Assembly (NCBI GenBank): GCA_036400935.1
Contig: DASWWW010000002.1
Span: 137,529 to 201,528, forward strand
Source of the DNA: Minisyncoccota bacterium
GTDB lineage: Bacteria > Patescibacteriota > Minisyncoccia > Phycocordibacterales > UBA6065
Direction of reading: 5' to 3'
Length of the DNA: 64,000 bases
Numbering within the stretch: the stretch's first letter is position 1; each line of letters opens with the position of its first letter. A program made the translations under genes and the position numbers. This document shows, piece by piece, positions 36,770-45,468 of this stretch. Under the pieces are notes generated by a model that was given only the letters and a program-made list of their open reading frames with translations, was not told the origin of the DNA and did not search any database.

Positions 36770-38038
36770 CTAAAGAACGTCGCCGATAAACGGAACCGAG
36801 AGCCTTCGGCGCACGCCGGGCGGCAGGAATGAGAGGCTCTTCTCGCCCCGCTCCTCCTTTTGGATGGCGCGCAGGCTCGATGCGACGTGGATCAGGTCGC
36901 GCCCGTATTTTTTATTGAGTTGATCGACGGCCTTGAATGCCTCGCCTCGGCTGCGGTCTGCGCCGGCCGCGCCGAACAAGTCCTCCTGGCGGCCAGACGC
37001 GGGCACAAGATTGCACAAGGTCACTCCCGAAGCACGATACACGTGGCCGGGATCGAACAGCTTCCCGAATAGCTTCTTGGCCTCGGCAATGATGATGAAT
37101 GGATCGTCGGTGGCGAGCTGGAGTCTAACCGAGTCGCGCTTGTACCAAAACTCCTTGGTCTTTATGAAGACGGAGAATTCGCGAGCGCACAGGCCCATGC
37201 CGCGCGCCCTGTGGCAGGCGCCCTCTATGTTTTTTGAAAGCTCCGAAAAGATGTAGCCCTCGTCGCTCGAATGCGGATGGAATGAGCGGGTCTTCATGAT
37301 CGATTTCTGCGCCTGGCCCGCATGCTCGCCGACGCGGTTGATCGAAGTGCCGTTGAGCTCGTACCACATCTCGATCTGAAGCTTTGAGAAATGCTCGCGG
37401 ACCCAGTCTGCCGATTTTCGCGCAAAATCGAGGGCCGTGTTGATGCCCAGCTTGCGAAACGAGATAGTCGTAGCCGAGCCGATGCCCCAGACGCTGCCGA
37501 TCGGCGTCCTGTCGAGCAGCTTTTCGACATCGGCCATGGGTAGGATGGTCAGGCCGTTAGGCTTTTGGCTTTTCGATGCCGTCTTTGCCAGGACGCGTGT
37601 CGATGCGAGGCCGAGCGATACGGAAATGCCAAGCTCTCGAGCGATGTCTTTCTTTATCTTTTCCAAAATGGGGCGAGCGGACTCGAGCGAGCCGTCGGCG
37701 GCAGGCGCGAATTCGGGAATATCGGAGAAATCGGCAAAGCACTCGTCTATGGAGTACTCCTCAACCACGTCCGTGTAGCGCCGGACTATATCGAACATGC
37801 GGCGCGAGAAAACGGCATAGGCGTCGTAGTCGGATTCGACGATGCGCACCTGCGGAAACTCCTTTCTGATGCGAAAGACCGGCATGGCGCGGGTAATGCC
37901 GAGCGACTTCGCTTCCTTGGACATGGCCGTGGCGATGCCGCGCTCGAATCCCGTCACGACGGGCTTGCCGCGCAAGGACGGATCCTTGGCAGCCTCGACC
38001 GACGCAAAGAAAGAATCGCCATCGAGGTGCATGATCAT
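36770..38038 (-). CDS. Y-family (UmuC-like) translesion DNA polymerase
   Basis: MIMHLDGDSFFASVE...GKPVVT...YSIDECFADF palm motifs. It resembles UmuC (GKPVVVL, YSIDEAFCDL) more than DinB. There is a 4-bp overlap (ATGA) with the upstream S24 gene. Confidence 0.8.
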   Translation of the reverse strand: MIMHLDGDSFFASVEAAKDPSLRGKPVVTGFERGIATAMSKEAKSLGITRAMPVFRIRKEFPQVRIVESDYDAYAVFSRRMFDIVRRYTDVVEEYSIDECFADFSDIPEFAPAADGSLESARPILEKIKKDIARELGISVSLGLASTRVLAKTASKSQKPNGLTILPMADVEKLLDRTPIGSVWGIGSATTISFRKLGINTALDFARKSADWVREHFSKLQIEMWYELNGTSINRVGEHAGQAQKSIMKTRSFHPHSSDEGYIFSELSKNIEGACHRARGMGLCAREFSVFIKTKEFWYKRDSVRLQLATDDPFIIIAEAKKLFGKLFDPGHVYRASGVTLCNLVPASGRQEDLFGAAGADRSRGEAFKAVDQLNKKYGRDLIHVASSLRAIQKEERGEKSLSFLPPGVRRRLSVPFIGDVL

Positions 38039-38367
38039 ACGAGCTTGCGGATTACGGCCGTGACGACGGCCTCTATGGAAAGCTCCGAGCCGACTGCAAG
38101 ATCCGCGCGAACAGGACCCGCGCCACCAATTCGCGAATCGAACCGGGCCATCCTAAAAGCGCCGTCATGCACGGCAATCACGATATTTCCATCGTGCGGC
38201 GAACGGGATCGGTCGACGATCAGCAAATCGCCGCGGAAAATTCCCTCACCGCGCATCGAATCGCCGGACGCGCGCATCATGAAAGTCGCCTCCTTATTTT
38301 CTATGAGGTATTCGTCGAGAGACATCGTCTCGAGCGCGTCTTCTTCTGCCTGCGTGCGGAATCCCAT
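38035..38367 (-). CDS. UmuD'-like S24 peptidase-domain protein lacking the N-terminal cleavage arm and the catalytic Lys
   Basis: ASGDSMRGEGIFRGDLLIVDRS...DGNIVIAVHDGAFRMARF aligns to UmuD [21 protein letters not shown]...GDIVIAAVDGEFTVKKL. Only about 35 residues lie before the Ser. The start is set at ATG 38367; the ORF track extends to GTG at 38373. Confidence 0.7.
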   Translation of the reverse strand: MGFRTQAEEDALETMSLDEYLIENKEATFMMRASGDSMRGEGIFRGDLLIVDRSRSPHDGNIVIAVHDGAFRMARFDSRIGGAGPVRADLAVGSELSIEAVVTAVIRKLV

Positions 38368-38373
38368 GCACAC

Positions 38374-38402
38374 AGTATAAGTGAACTACAGTTCACTTTC
38401 AA
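38374..38402 (-). promoter_or_regulatory. sigma70-type promoter TTGAAA-17-TATACT for the umuD-like/umuC-like operon; likely leaderless
   Basis: On the coding strand: TTGAAA GTGAACTGTAGTTCACT TATACT GTGC ATG. The ATG at 38367 is 7 nt after the -10 element. Confidence 0.55.
38380..38397. promoter_or_regulatory. Cheo-type SOS box (LexA operator) AGTGAAC-TACA-GTTCACT
   Basis: Perfect palindrome containing GAAC-N4-GTTC, which matches the B. subtilis-type consensus CGAACRNRYGTTCG. It occupies the promoter spacer. Confidence 0.65.
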
Positions 38403-38404
38403 CT

Positions 38405-39304
38405 TTACAACTTATTGAAAATTTTGAGCTCCTCCTCCACCACCTTCTGCATGGCCTCGATCGTAGGCTTCATGATCTTATATGGGGCGACCTGCGACGG
38501 GTCTGATGCGACCTGCTTCGCCAGGGCGTCGCGAAAAGCGACCCGTATTTCAGTATTCACATGGATAATCGCGACGCCCGCATCAATCGCGGCCACGAAA
38601 TCCTCCGCCGAGTTTCCAGAACCGCCATGCAAAACAAGGGGCACCTTTGCCGCGGCCGAAATCTCCCCTATCCTCTTTATGTTCAGATCAGGATCCTTCC
38701 CGCCCGAGAGCATGCCGTGGATATTGCCGACAGCAGGCGCGAGCATATCGACGCCCGTAGCGTCGCGGAACTTCTTGGCCTCCTCGGGCTTTGTCAGGAA
38801 TTCCTCGCTGATCTTTACTCCCTCGGGGATGGCGTCGAGCACCCTCGAAGACTTGCCGATGAATCCGATCTCAGCCTCAACCAAAATATTCGGATTGATT
38901 TTCTTGGCATAGGCCACGCATTTTTTCGTAGCGGCGACATTGTCGTCGAAAGACTGCTCCGTGCCATCATAAATGACCGAGTCATAGCCCGCATCGACGA
39001 CCTCCTTCACCTTTTCGAACGAGTACGTGTGATCGGCATTGAGGAAGATCGGGAATCCTCCCTTTTTTACCGAATCAACGAGCGCGCGAACCTGAGCGAC
39101 ACCCATAAATTCCCGCTCACCCTCGGAGACGCCGATGATGACCGGCACCTGAAGCTTCTTTGCCGCGTTCACGACCGCCCAGAATCCCTCGATGTTTGAA
39201 ATGTTGAAATGGCCGATAGCGACTTTCTTGGCGAGAGCGTCCTGTACGTACCACTGAAGGGATTTTGGGCCGGCCTTCGCGCCTGATGTGAAGAATGTGA
39301 ACAT
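38405..39304 (-). CDS. fba: class II fructose-bisphosphate aldolase (FBA / tagatose-bisphosphate aldolase family)
   Basis: IGHFNISNIEG...PVIIGVSEG...LNADHTYSFE...HGGSGNS. Confidence 0.85.
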   Translation of the reverse strand: MFTFFTSGAKAGPKSLQWYVQDALAKKVAIGHFNISNIEGFWAVVNAAKKLQVPVIIGVSEGEREFMGVAQVRALVDSVKKGGFPIFLNADHTYSFEKVKEVVDAGYDSVIYDGTEQSFDDNVAATKKCVAYAKKINPNILVEAEIGFIGKSSRVLDAIPEGVKISEEFLTKPEEAKKFRDATGVDMLAPAVGNIHGMLSGGKDPDLNIKRIGEISAAAKVPLVLHGGSGNSAEDFVAAIDAGVAIIHVNTEIRVAFRDALAKQVASDPSQVAPYKIMKPTIEAMQKVVEEELKIFNKL

Positions 39305-39366
39305 GTGATTATTTTAGCACAACAAAAAAGCCCGGGAATTTCTTCCAGGGCCTCGACTGACAGGTA

Positions 39367-39687
39367 TCATACGGAGAACCTGTCCATGACTTCAGCGGTC
39401 TCGAGGATGAAGCCGCGAACTTTGCTGGCAAACCCGGCAGGATTCGCGACAACATCGTTCACTTCCTCATCTTTGACGCTGATTATGAATTCTAGTCGGC
39501 TTCCGAGGGTCCGCGGGACCGGCGCGACGCTGCAGGGAACCTTAAACTTGGATGAGATCTTGCGACTCAGGCCAATCGGGTTCCCCGTAACGATCACGTC
39601 GATCATAAACAGGGCTCGGTGACTATATTCGTCGAAGTTCATGGACAAGCTACCGTCTGACCGCAAAGGGAGAGCAGTAGTTTTCAC
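39367..39687 (-). CDS. hypothetical protein (about 91-106 aa)
   Basis: Intact ORF between fba and the PfkB kinase gene; the likely start is MNFDEY at 39642. Confidence 0.35.
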   Translation of the reverse strand: MKTTALPLRSDGSLSMNFDEYSHRALFMIDVIVTGNPIGLSRKISSKFKVPCSVAPVPRTLGSRLEFIISVKDEEVNDVVANPAGFASKVRGFILETAEVMDRFSV

Positions 39688-39770
39688 TAACTATATTGTA
39701 CACCCAATAGCAAATAAAGTCAATAGGTATTTCGCCCTTTACCCTTGCCCTTATTTGGTACAATGATTGG

Positions 39771-40766
39771 ATGTTCTCAAAACAAATCGACTTCCTGGCG
39801 ATCGGCGACACGGTCACCGACGCCTTTATCAAGCTGAAAGAGGCGCACGTCACCTGCTCTATCGACCATGCGAGCTGCGAGATCTGCATGAAATTCGGCG
39901 ACAAGATCCCATTCGAGTCGGCGACGGTCATAAACGCCGTCGGAAATAGCGCAAACGCCGCCGTTTCGGCCGCTCGCCTCGGCCTGCGCTCTACCCTCGT
40001 CACCGATTTGGGCGACGACCTCTACGCAAAGGAAGCGATCGCCGAGCTCAAGAAGAATAATGTCGATACGCGCTATGTCCGCCAGCACAAAGGCATGCCG
40101 ACGAACTACCACTACGTCCTCTGGTACGGCGACGAGCGCACCATCCTCGTAAAGCACCAGGATTACGAGCGCGAGTTCCCGGACTGCAAAGATCCGAAGT
40201 GGGTGTACATCAGCTCGCTGGGCAGCAACTCGTACGAATACCACCTCGGCATCACGAATTGGCTCGAGTCGAGCCCGGACATCAAGGTCGCCTTCCAGCC
40301 GGGAACCTTCCAGATGAGCCTCGGCCTCGAAAAGCTCGCCGGTCTCTACAGGCGCACGGACCTTTTCTTCTGCAACAAGGAGGAGGTGCAGCGAATCCTC
40401 GGCACTTCCGAGAGCGACGTGAAGCGGCTGATGGAAATGATGCGCGGAATCGGCCCAAAGACGGTCGTCATCACCGACGGCCCGAACGGCGCGTACGCGT
40501 ACGACGGCACAAACGCATTTTTCATGCCGCCCTACCCTGATCCAAAGCCTCCGCTTGAGCGAACCGGCGCCGGCGACGCGTTCGCATCTACGCTCACGGT
40601 CGCCCTCGCCCTCGGCAAGACGCTCGAAGAGGCCCTGACCTGGGCCCCTATCAATTCCGCATCGGTCGTGCAGGACATCGGCGCGCAGCGCGGACTCCTC
40701 AACCAGAAGCAGCTCGCCGAATGGCTCGCGAAAGCTCCGGCGGACTACAAGCCGAGAAAGATTTAA
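39771..40766 (+). CDS. PfkB-family carbohydrate kinase (ribokinase-like)
   Basis: N-terminal AIGDTVTDAF and C-terminal GAGDAFASTLTVALALG (anion-hole/DTxGAGD motif). Confidence 0.8.
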   Translation: MFSKQIDFLAIGDTVTDAFIKLKEAHVTCSIDHASCEICMKFGDKIPFESATVINAVGNSANAAVSAARLGLRSTLVTDLGDDLYAKEAIAELKKNNVDTRYVRQHKGMPTNYHYVLWYGDERTILVKHQDYEREFPDCKDPKWVYISSLGSNSYEYHLGITNWLESSPDIKVAFQPGTFQMSLGLEKLAGLYRRTDLFFCNKEEVQRILGTSESDVKRLMEMMRGIGPKTVVITDGPNGAYAYDGTNAFFMPPYPDPKPPLERTGAGDAFASTLTVALALGKTLEEALTWAPINSASVVQDIGAQRGLLNQKQLAEWLAKAPADYKPRKI

Positions 40767-40792
40767 ATAAAAAGGCGCCGCTACGCGGCGCC
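40764..40792 (-). terminator. intrinsic terminator after the 193-aa ORF
   Basis: GGCGCCG-CTACG-CGGCGCC with a U-run on the minus strand. Confidence 0.45.
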
Positions 40793-41362
40793 AGGGTGCA
40801 ATACTCTCGAGAATAAGCGTCTCCTATTGTGACCCTCTTTGATGATCTGTTCGTAACTGAACATGTAGCGAAGTCTCTTCAGCTGGCGAGCGCCTTCGCC
40901 TATGTCCAGAAGCCTTTCGACAGCGTCAAACACCTTCTTTTCCGTAAGGCTCAGGAAATGGCCCGGCCCGATTTCCTTTAAAGGATCCTGGGCATACCAG
41001 AGACGCAGGCCTTCGAGGGCAAGACAGGTAAACCGGTCGAGCGGCATGACGTTCAGCCCTCTGAAAAGCTCTGGCTCGAACTCGTGCCGGACGGGACGAG
41101 CCCGCGCGGCCTGATCCAGAAGCCAATCCAGGTCAGCCGGCGAGCAGCGGAGCTCGATAGGAGTGCAGTCGGTAACCGACTCAAGCAGAGCACTGCGCTC
41201 GGCGCGGCCATTGGATATCCCGCCACCGTCGTAATAGCTCCACAGCTGCTGCATCAGGGAACGCGCGATCTTGAACTGCTCCAGATCGATAAACGATCTG
41301 TATGATGTCGTATTCATGCGAAAGAACTCTCTCAAGGCTACTCCCAGAGAGAGCAAAGTCAA
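40781..41362 (-). CDS. hypothetical protein (about 178-193 aa)
   Basis: Intact ORF with no recognised motif. Confidence 0.45.
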   Translation of the reverse strand: MTLLSLGVALREFFRMNTTSYRSFIDLEQFKIARSLMQQLWSYYDGGGISNGRAERSALLESVTDCTPIELRCSPADLDWLLDQAARARPVRHEFEPELFRGLNVMPLDRFTCLALEGLRLWYAQDPLKEIGPGHFLSLTEKKVFDAVERLLDIGEGARQLKRLRYMFSYEQIIKEGHNRRRLFSRVLHPGAA

Positions 41363-41365
41363 CCG

Positions 41366-41929
41366 CTACCGCTTCTTCAATTTCTTGTCGTACGGAGACC
41401 ACAATTTCTGCCCTATCGCCCTGAATATCAAAAGAAGGAGGATTCCAAAGAGCCAGCCAGCAAGGACCTGCGACGGATAGTGCACGCCCAGATAGATGCG
41501 CGAGAGGCCGACGAGCACGATGATGGAGGCGGCGCCCCAGGCGATGACATGGCTCTTTGGGTGGCGCAAGGCGATCCAGCCCAAAATGACGACGGACATC
41601 AGTGCGTGGCCCGATGGGAAGGCGAAGCTGTCGGGAGAATCGTACGAGAGCAGCGAGGGATCAATGACAAACGGCCTCTCGATGGCGAAAAAATGCTTGA
41701 GCGCCGAAAGGACGATGAACGAGACCAGAGTCACGACGAAGAGCTCGATCGCCACGCGCCACTTGTCTATGCAGATGAGCGCGATAAAGAATACGACAGC
41801 CATGACCGCGTACGACCCTACCCCGTAAGACAAAAATCGAGCCACTGGCTCCCATGAAGGACCGATCGACTGCACGGCGTGCATGATCGGATAGTCGAAA
41901 TTCGAAAGGTATGAGATGAATGCCTGCAT
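41366..41929 (-). CDS. PAP2-family membrane phosphatase (undecaprenyl-diphosphatase / PgpB-like)
   Basis: PSGHALMSV and SRIYLGVHYPSQV PAP2 motifs, and multiple TM helices. Confidence 0.8.
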   Translation of the reverse strand: MQAFISYLSNFDYPIMHAVQSIGPSWEPVARFLSYGVGSYAVMAVVFFIALICIDKWRVAIELFVVTLVSFIVLSALKHFFAIERPFVIDPSLLSYDSPDSFAFPSGHALMSVVILGWIALRHPKSHVIAWGAASIIVLVGLSRIYLGVHYPSQVLAGWLFGILLLLIFRAIGQKLWSPYDKKLKKR

Positions 41930-41930
41930 A

Positions 41931-42527
41931 TTATCGGTGCATGGTTACCACTCGCTGGACGTCGGCGCGGCGCAAGAGCTCGCTCTGCAAAGCCTCGGCG
42001 ATCTCCCTGTCGACGGTCTCGAGGATGCCCTGAGACTCGACGCGCGCGGTCGAAGGATCATCGGCACCCGCGGTGACGATCACAAGTTTGGAGACGCCGG
42101 TCGCCTGCTGGAACAAGGTCCTCTCGATATCTACGTTCTGGATCTGGCGGTACGGGATGGCGATCTCCTGGCGGGTAAATATGCCCTTGCGGATCTTCAG
42201 CGCGTCGGGACCGATATTGAAGCCCTGATTCTTGAAGACGAAACGCGCCGAGAGGACCGAAACCACAAAGCAGATGATCGAAATGCCGAGGCAGACGATA
42301 CTTCCGATAGCGATCAGGCGCTGGTACTGCGGAGGCACAACCGACAGGCGCCGGATGAACGAAAAGATAAAGGCAAGGACGAGAAACGAGACCGGCGTCT
42401 CGAGCCATTTCGAAAGGAAGAGCCAAAACGTCTTCTTGCCCAAAGTCTGGTACGCGTCGAACGTCAGTATCGGTGCCTGGTCGCTATTCATAGGCACAGT
42501 ATATACGAGCAATGCGCTGTTTGACAA
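41931..42527 (-). CDS. membrane protein with a bacterial PH domain (YdbS/DUF304-like)
   Basis: Two TM helices, then ARFVFKNQGFNIGPDALKIRKGIFTRQEIAIPYRQIQNVDIERTLFQQATGVSKLVI. Confidence 0.5.
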   Translation of the reverse strand: MSNSALLVYTVPMNSDQAPILTFDAYQTLGKKTFWLFLSKWLETPVSFLVLAFIFSFIRRLSVVPPQYQRLIAIGSIVCLGISIICFVVSVLSARFVFKNQGFNIGPDALKIRKGIFTRQEIAIPYRQIQNVDIERTLFQQATGVSKLVIVTAGADDPSTARVESQGILETVDREIAEALQSELLRRADVQRVVTMHR

Positions 42528-42590
42528 AAGGTGCAGGAGTTGTAATTTGAATAATGAAATTAAACCCGCGTCTCAACCGCACCGCTCCAC

Positions 42591-42983
42591 ATGAGTACCG
42601 CCCCCAATCCCGCCCCGCGCCCCGTCATCACGATCCGCGTTTTCGATCATCACAACCAGCAAGTCCCGGAGGACAACGTCCCGGCCGCAGGCCTCAGCGT
42701 CGAGCTCATTCGGCATGACGGACCGCCGAGCAAAAGCTTCAAGGCAACCACCGATTCCCAAGGGGTGATCGAGGCGCCCCTCCAGGGCGACGATCCCTTC
42801 TTGGGAGAATACGAAATCCTACTCAGATGCGGCGAATATTATGCCGCCAAAGAGGTCGAAAGCCCCTTCATCTCCAGGGTATCGTTCCCCTTCCATGTCG
42901 GCAGACTAGAGACCAGGGCCTTTGTCGGCACGGTAAACGTCTGGATCTGCCCCCTGGGCCTCAAGATCGGCCTAACCTCCTAG
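42591..42983 (+). CDS. hypothetical protein, possibly transthyretin/5-hydroxyisourate hydrolase-fold (tentative)
   Basis: ITIRVFDHHNQQ...AAGLSVELIRHDG...TTDSQGVIEAPLQGD...GEYEILLRCGEYY loosely parallels the HIUase pattern (isthvLD...PAaGv.v.L.r....TdaDGR...G.Y.l.F.tg.YF), but the C-terminal YRGS motif is absent. Confidence 0.3.
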   Translation: MSTAPNPAPRPVITIRVFDHHNQQVPEDNVPAAGLSVELIRHDGPPSKSFKATTDSQGVIEAPLQGDDPFLGEYEILLRCGEYYAAKEVESPFISRVSFPFHVGRLETRAFVGTVNVWICPLGLKIGLTS

Positions 42984-43003
42984 CCGCCCCCCCCGGCAAC
43001 GCA

Positions 43004-43036
43004 AAGCCGCCCCATTCCTGGAGCGGCTTTTTTTCT
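43004..43036. terminator. intrinsic terminator between convergent genes
   Basis: GCCGCCCCA-TTCC-TGGAGCGGC followed by TTTTTTTCTT. Confidence 0.6.
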
Positions 43037-43057
43037 TATTCCCTTTTGGGGATTATT

Positions 43058-43702
43058 TTACTGCTGGGTTCGGATAGACGCCGGCCATGTGACGCTCACA
43101 TTTCCGGACTGATCCTCTGTGTGGATCATGTAGTAGTAGGTCGTATCCCGATTGAGATTAGGGATCGAGACGTTCTGCGATGTCCTGAATCCCGCGTCGC
43201 CAGTAGCCAGCGCGCCGACTACCGCGACCGTATGGAGGCTCTCAGAGACCATGAGGGGCGAAGTGCTGTAATACACAGTTCCCTTCGAGAGCTCGTTAGT
43301 AGTCCAAGCGACGGTTGCCGAATTGTTGTTCGCATTCGAGCTAATGCCGTAGATCATAGGGGCCGACATGTCAGCTCCTCCTACCGTCATGCCGCCATCC
43401 ATCTGGGCATTGAGGGCAGACATGGTAATCGGTCCGACGCGGCCTACGGTAGAGATGCCGTTGCGCGCCTGGAATTTGGTTACGGCCGCCTTCGTAAGCT
43501 CGCCGTAATAGCCCGTTACGAGCCCTTCTGGATAGAGGCTCGAATCCTGAGCGAGAAATTGCTGGAGGGCGCTGACGTCGCTTCCCGTGGATCCCACATC
43601 GAGAGATCGATAGAGGGTTGCCGCGTCAGCGAATGAAGGGGCGGCCACCGCTATCGCTGCGGCCAAAGCCAATCCTGCGCCTAGTTTTTTAGTGTTAGTC
43701 AT
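43058..43702 (-). CDS. secreted protein with a peptidoglycan-binding (PG_binding_1-like) domain and an Fn3-like domain
   Basis: Signal peptide; GSTGSDVSALQQFLAQDSSLYPEGLVTGYYGELTKAAVTKFQARNGISTVGRVGPITMSAL. Confidence 0.55.
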   Translation of the reverse strand: MTNTKKLGAGLALAAAIAVAAPSFADAATLYRSLDVGSTGSDVSALQQFLAQDSSLYPEGLVTGYYGELTKAAVTKFQARNGISTVGRVGPITMSALNAQMDGGMTVGGADMSAPMIYGISSNANNNSATVAWTTNELSKGTVYYSTSPLMVSESLHTVAVVGALATGDAGFRTSQNVSIPNLNRDTTYYYMIHTEDQSGNVSVTWPASIRTQQ

Positions 43703-43846
43703 ATGTTTTTATTAGGCTAATCGTATAAAGGCATTAGGACCTTTATACTTGATGTGCCGTTCGATGCGGGAGCATATTACAATGATCCGCAAGCAAAAAG
43801 GCGCCCTCTTGCGAGGGCGCCTTTCGCTATCGGAAATTAGAGAGTT

Positions 43847-44668
43847 TTAGAACCCGAAGAGTCCGGCGAAGAATCGGCCGATGCCTCCGAAGAAGCCCCG
43901 CGCGTTCCTCCTGTCGCTTTCGCCCCTCGCCTCCTTGCCCTTGATAATGCTCGAGGCGGTCACAGACGTGCCGTTAATTTCACCCTGGACCAGGACCTCG
44001 TCGCCCGAAGCGAGGCTCGAGAGCTCGATCGTGTCCTTGCCCGACAGGACCTTCGCATTTGCAGCGTCCACGGTGTATGAAGTTCCGGCCTTGGTAGTGA
44101 CAGTGACGGATGAGCCGCTCACTGACGATACAGTTCCCGCGACGACAGGCTTGCCGTCGCCGGTGAATACTGGGGTCGAAGTGCCGTTGCCCCTGCCGCC
44201 CTTATCATCCTTTTCACCGCCCATGCGGAACATTATGCCGCTGTCGATCCTTGTGGCCACGACGTTCGTGCCGGTTACAGTTCCCTGCACCATGACATTG
44301 TCGCCGACTACGATGCTCGAGATAGTTGCATCGGCGTTATTCTTGCGAATGGTCGCATTGCTCGCATCGACGGTATAAGAGACGTCCGCAGAAGAAGGGT
44401 CCTTGAGATTGCCCTGCTTTCCCGCAACCACCAAAGTCGTGCCGCTGACAGAGGTCACCTTTCCGGCGATGCCCTGCTTCATTGCATCCTTTGGACCCTG
44501 GCCTTCCGCGCGCATGCGCATAGCCTTGCCCCCCATCCCCTCGCCCGTTCCGACCGCGGCATTCGCCTTGACCGTCACGCTTGTCTCCGCGTGCGTCGGT
44601 GCTGCTACGGCGAATCCCGCTAAAGCCACCGCCGCGACCGCCACAGACAAAGTTTTCTTGTTGATCAT
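43847..44668 (-). CDS. secreted protein with two internal about 70-aa repeats
   Basis: Signal peptide. Repeated pattern G.V(T/S)SVSG..(L/V)(V/T)V..K.G...TVDA.NA.(I/V)...D...S(S/L)..GD.V.VQG...GT.V.A..I. C-terminal FFGGIGRFFAGLFGF. Confidence 0.5.
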   Translation of the reverse strand: MINKKTLSVAVAAVALAGFAVAAPTHAETSVTVKANAAVGTGEGMGGKAMRMRAEGQGPKDAMKQGIAGKVTSVSGTTLVVAGKQGNLKDPSSADVSYTVDASNATIRKNNADATISSIVVGDNVMVQGTVTGTNVVATRIDSGIMFRMGGEKDDKGGRGNGTSTPVFTGDGKPVVAGTVSSVSGSSVTVTTKAGTSYTVDAANAKVLSGKDTIELSSLASGDEVLVQGEINGTSVTASSIIKGKEARGESDRRNARGFFGGIGRFFAGLFGF

Positions 44669-44758
44669 ATATTGTTGAGTTTATCGGCGGTTATTAGGCC
44701 GCACTAGGAGTACGCACTGAGAGTCTGAATTGGTGCAGTACCCCGTTTAAGGTGCCGA

Positions 44759-45379
44759 CTAAGGCGTCGTATTCTTACGCCTGGCAGCGCCCTTATACAT
44801 ATAAGCCAGAGGCTTCGAGCTCGTGGCGAATTTTTCCAATTTCGTGATTTCAAAGCCGGCATCCGTGATGACCCTTTCGATATTTCGATCGAGATGGCAC
44901 CCTCCGGCAATCTTTTTAGAAAATGGAGTGAGGACATGCTGCAGAATCGCAGTGAATCGCTTCGGCGAGGCGCCATGCTCTATGAAAGAGAAGGTTCCGC
45001 CCGGCTTGAGAACGCGAAGCATCTCCCCGAGGGCCGCGGGCAAGTCCGGAATGCTGCACAGGCTCCAAGTCGAGACGATACAGTCGACTGAATTGTCCTG
45101 CAAAGGGACCTCTTCGGCCGAAGCCTGGACGAATTCGATCGGAAATGCGCTCGCCCGTACGCTTGCCTGCGCGAGATCGAACAGCTCTCTGGACGGATCG
45201 AGCGCGTACAATTTTGACACGCCTTTGTAGTGCGGAAGATTGAGCCCCGATCCGAATCCGATCTCGAGCACAGTTCCATGCGCCCCGGAAGCGACATGGG
45301 CACGATGCATCTCAAAATCCTTTCCCTTCATCGTCTGGTCGAGGTATTTGGGCAGAATGTAGCGGTCGTAGAAATTCAT
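44759..45379 (-). CDS. class I SAM-dependent methyltransferase
   Basis: VLEIGFGSGLN motif I and LKPGGTFSFIEH post-II motif. Confidence 0.8.
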   Translation of the reverse strand: MNFYDRYILPKYLDQTMKGKDFEMHRAHVASGAHGTVLEIGFGSGLNLPHYKGVSKLYALDPSRELFDLAQASVRASAFPIEFVQASAEEVPLQDNSVDCIVSTWSLCSIPDLPAALGEMLRVLKPGGTFSFIEHGASPKRFTAILQHVLTPFSKKIAGGCHLDRNIERVITDAGFEITKLEKFATSSKPLAYMYKGAARRKNTTP

Positions 45380-45468
45380 ACAACTATCGTACCAGATTCT
45401 CGCAATTCAAATAGTTTCTGGTAGTATCACGATCAGGTACGAAACCACCACCCACATCCACTGAAATC

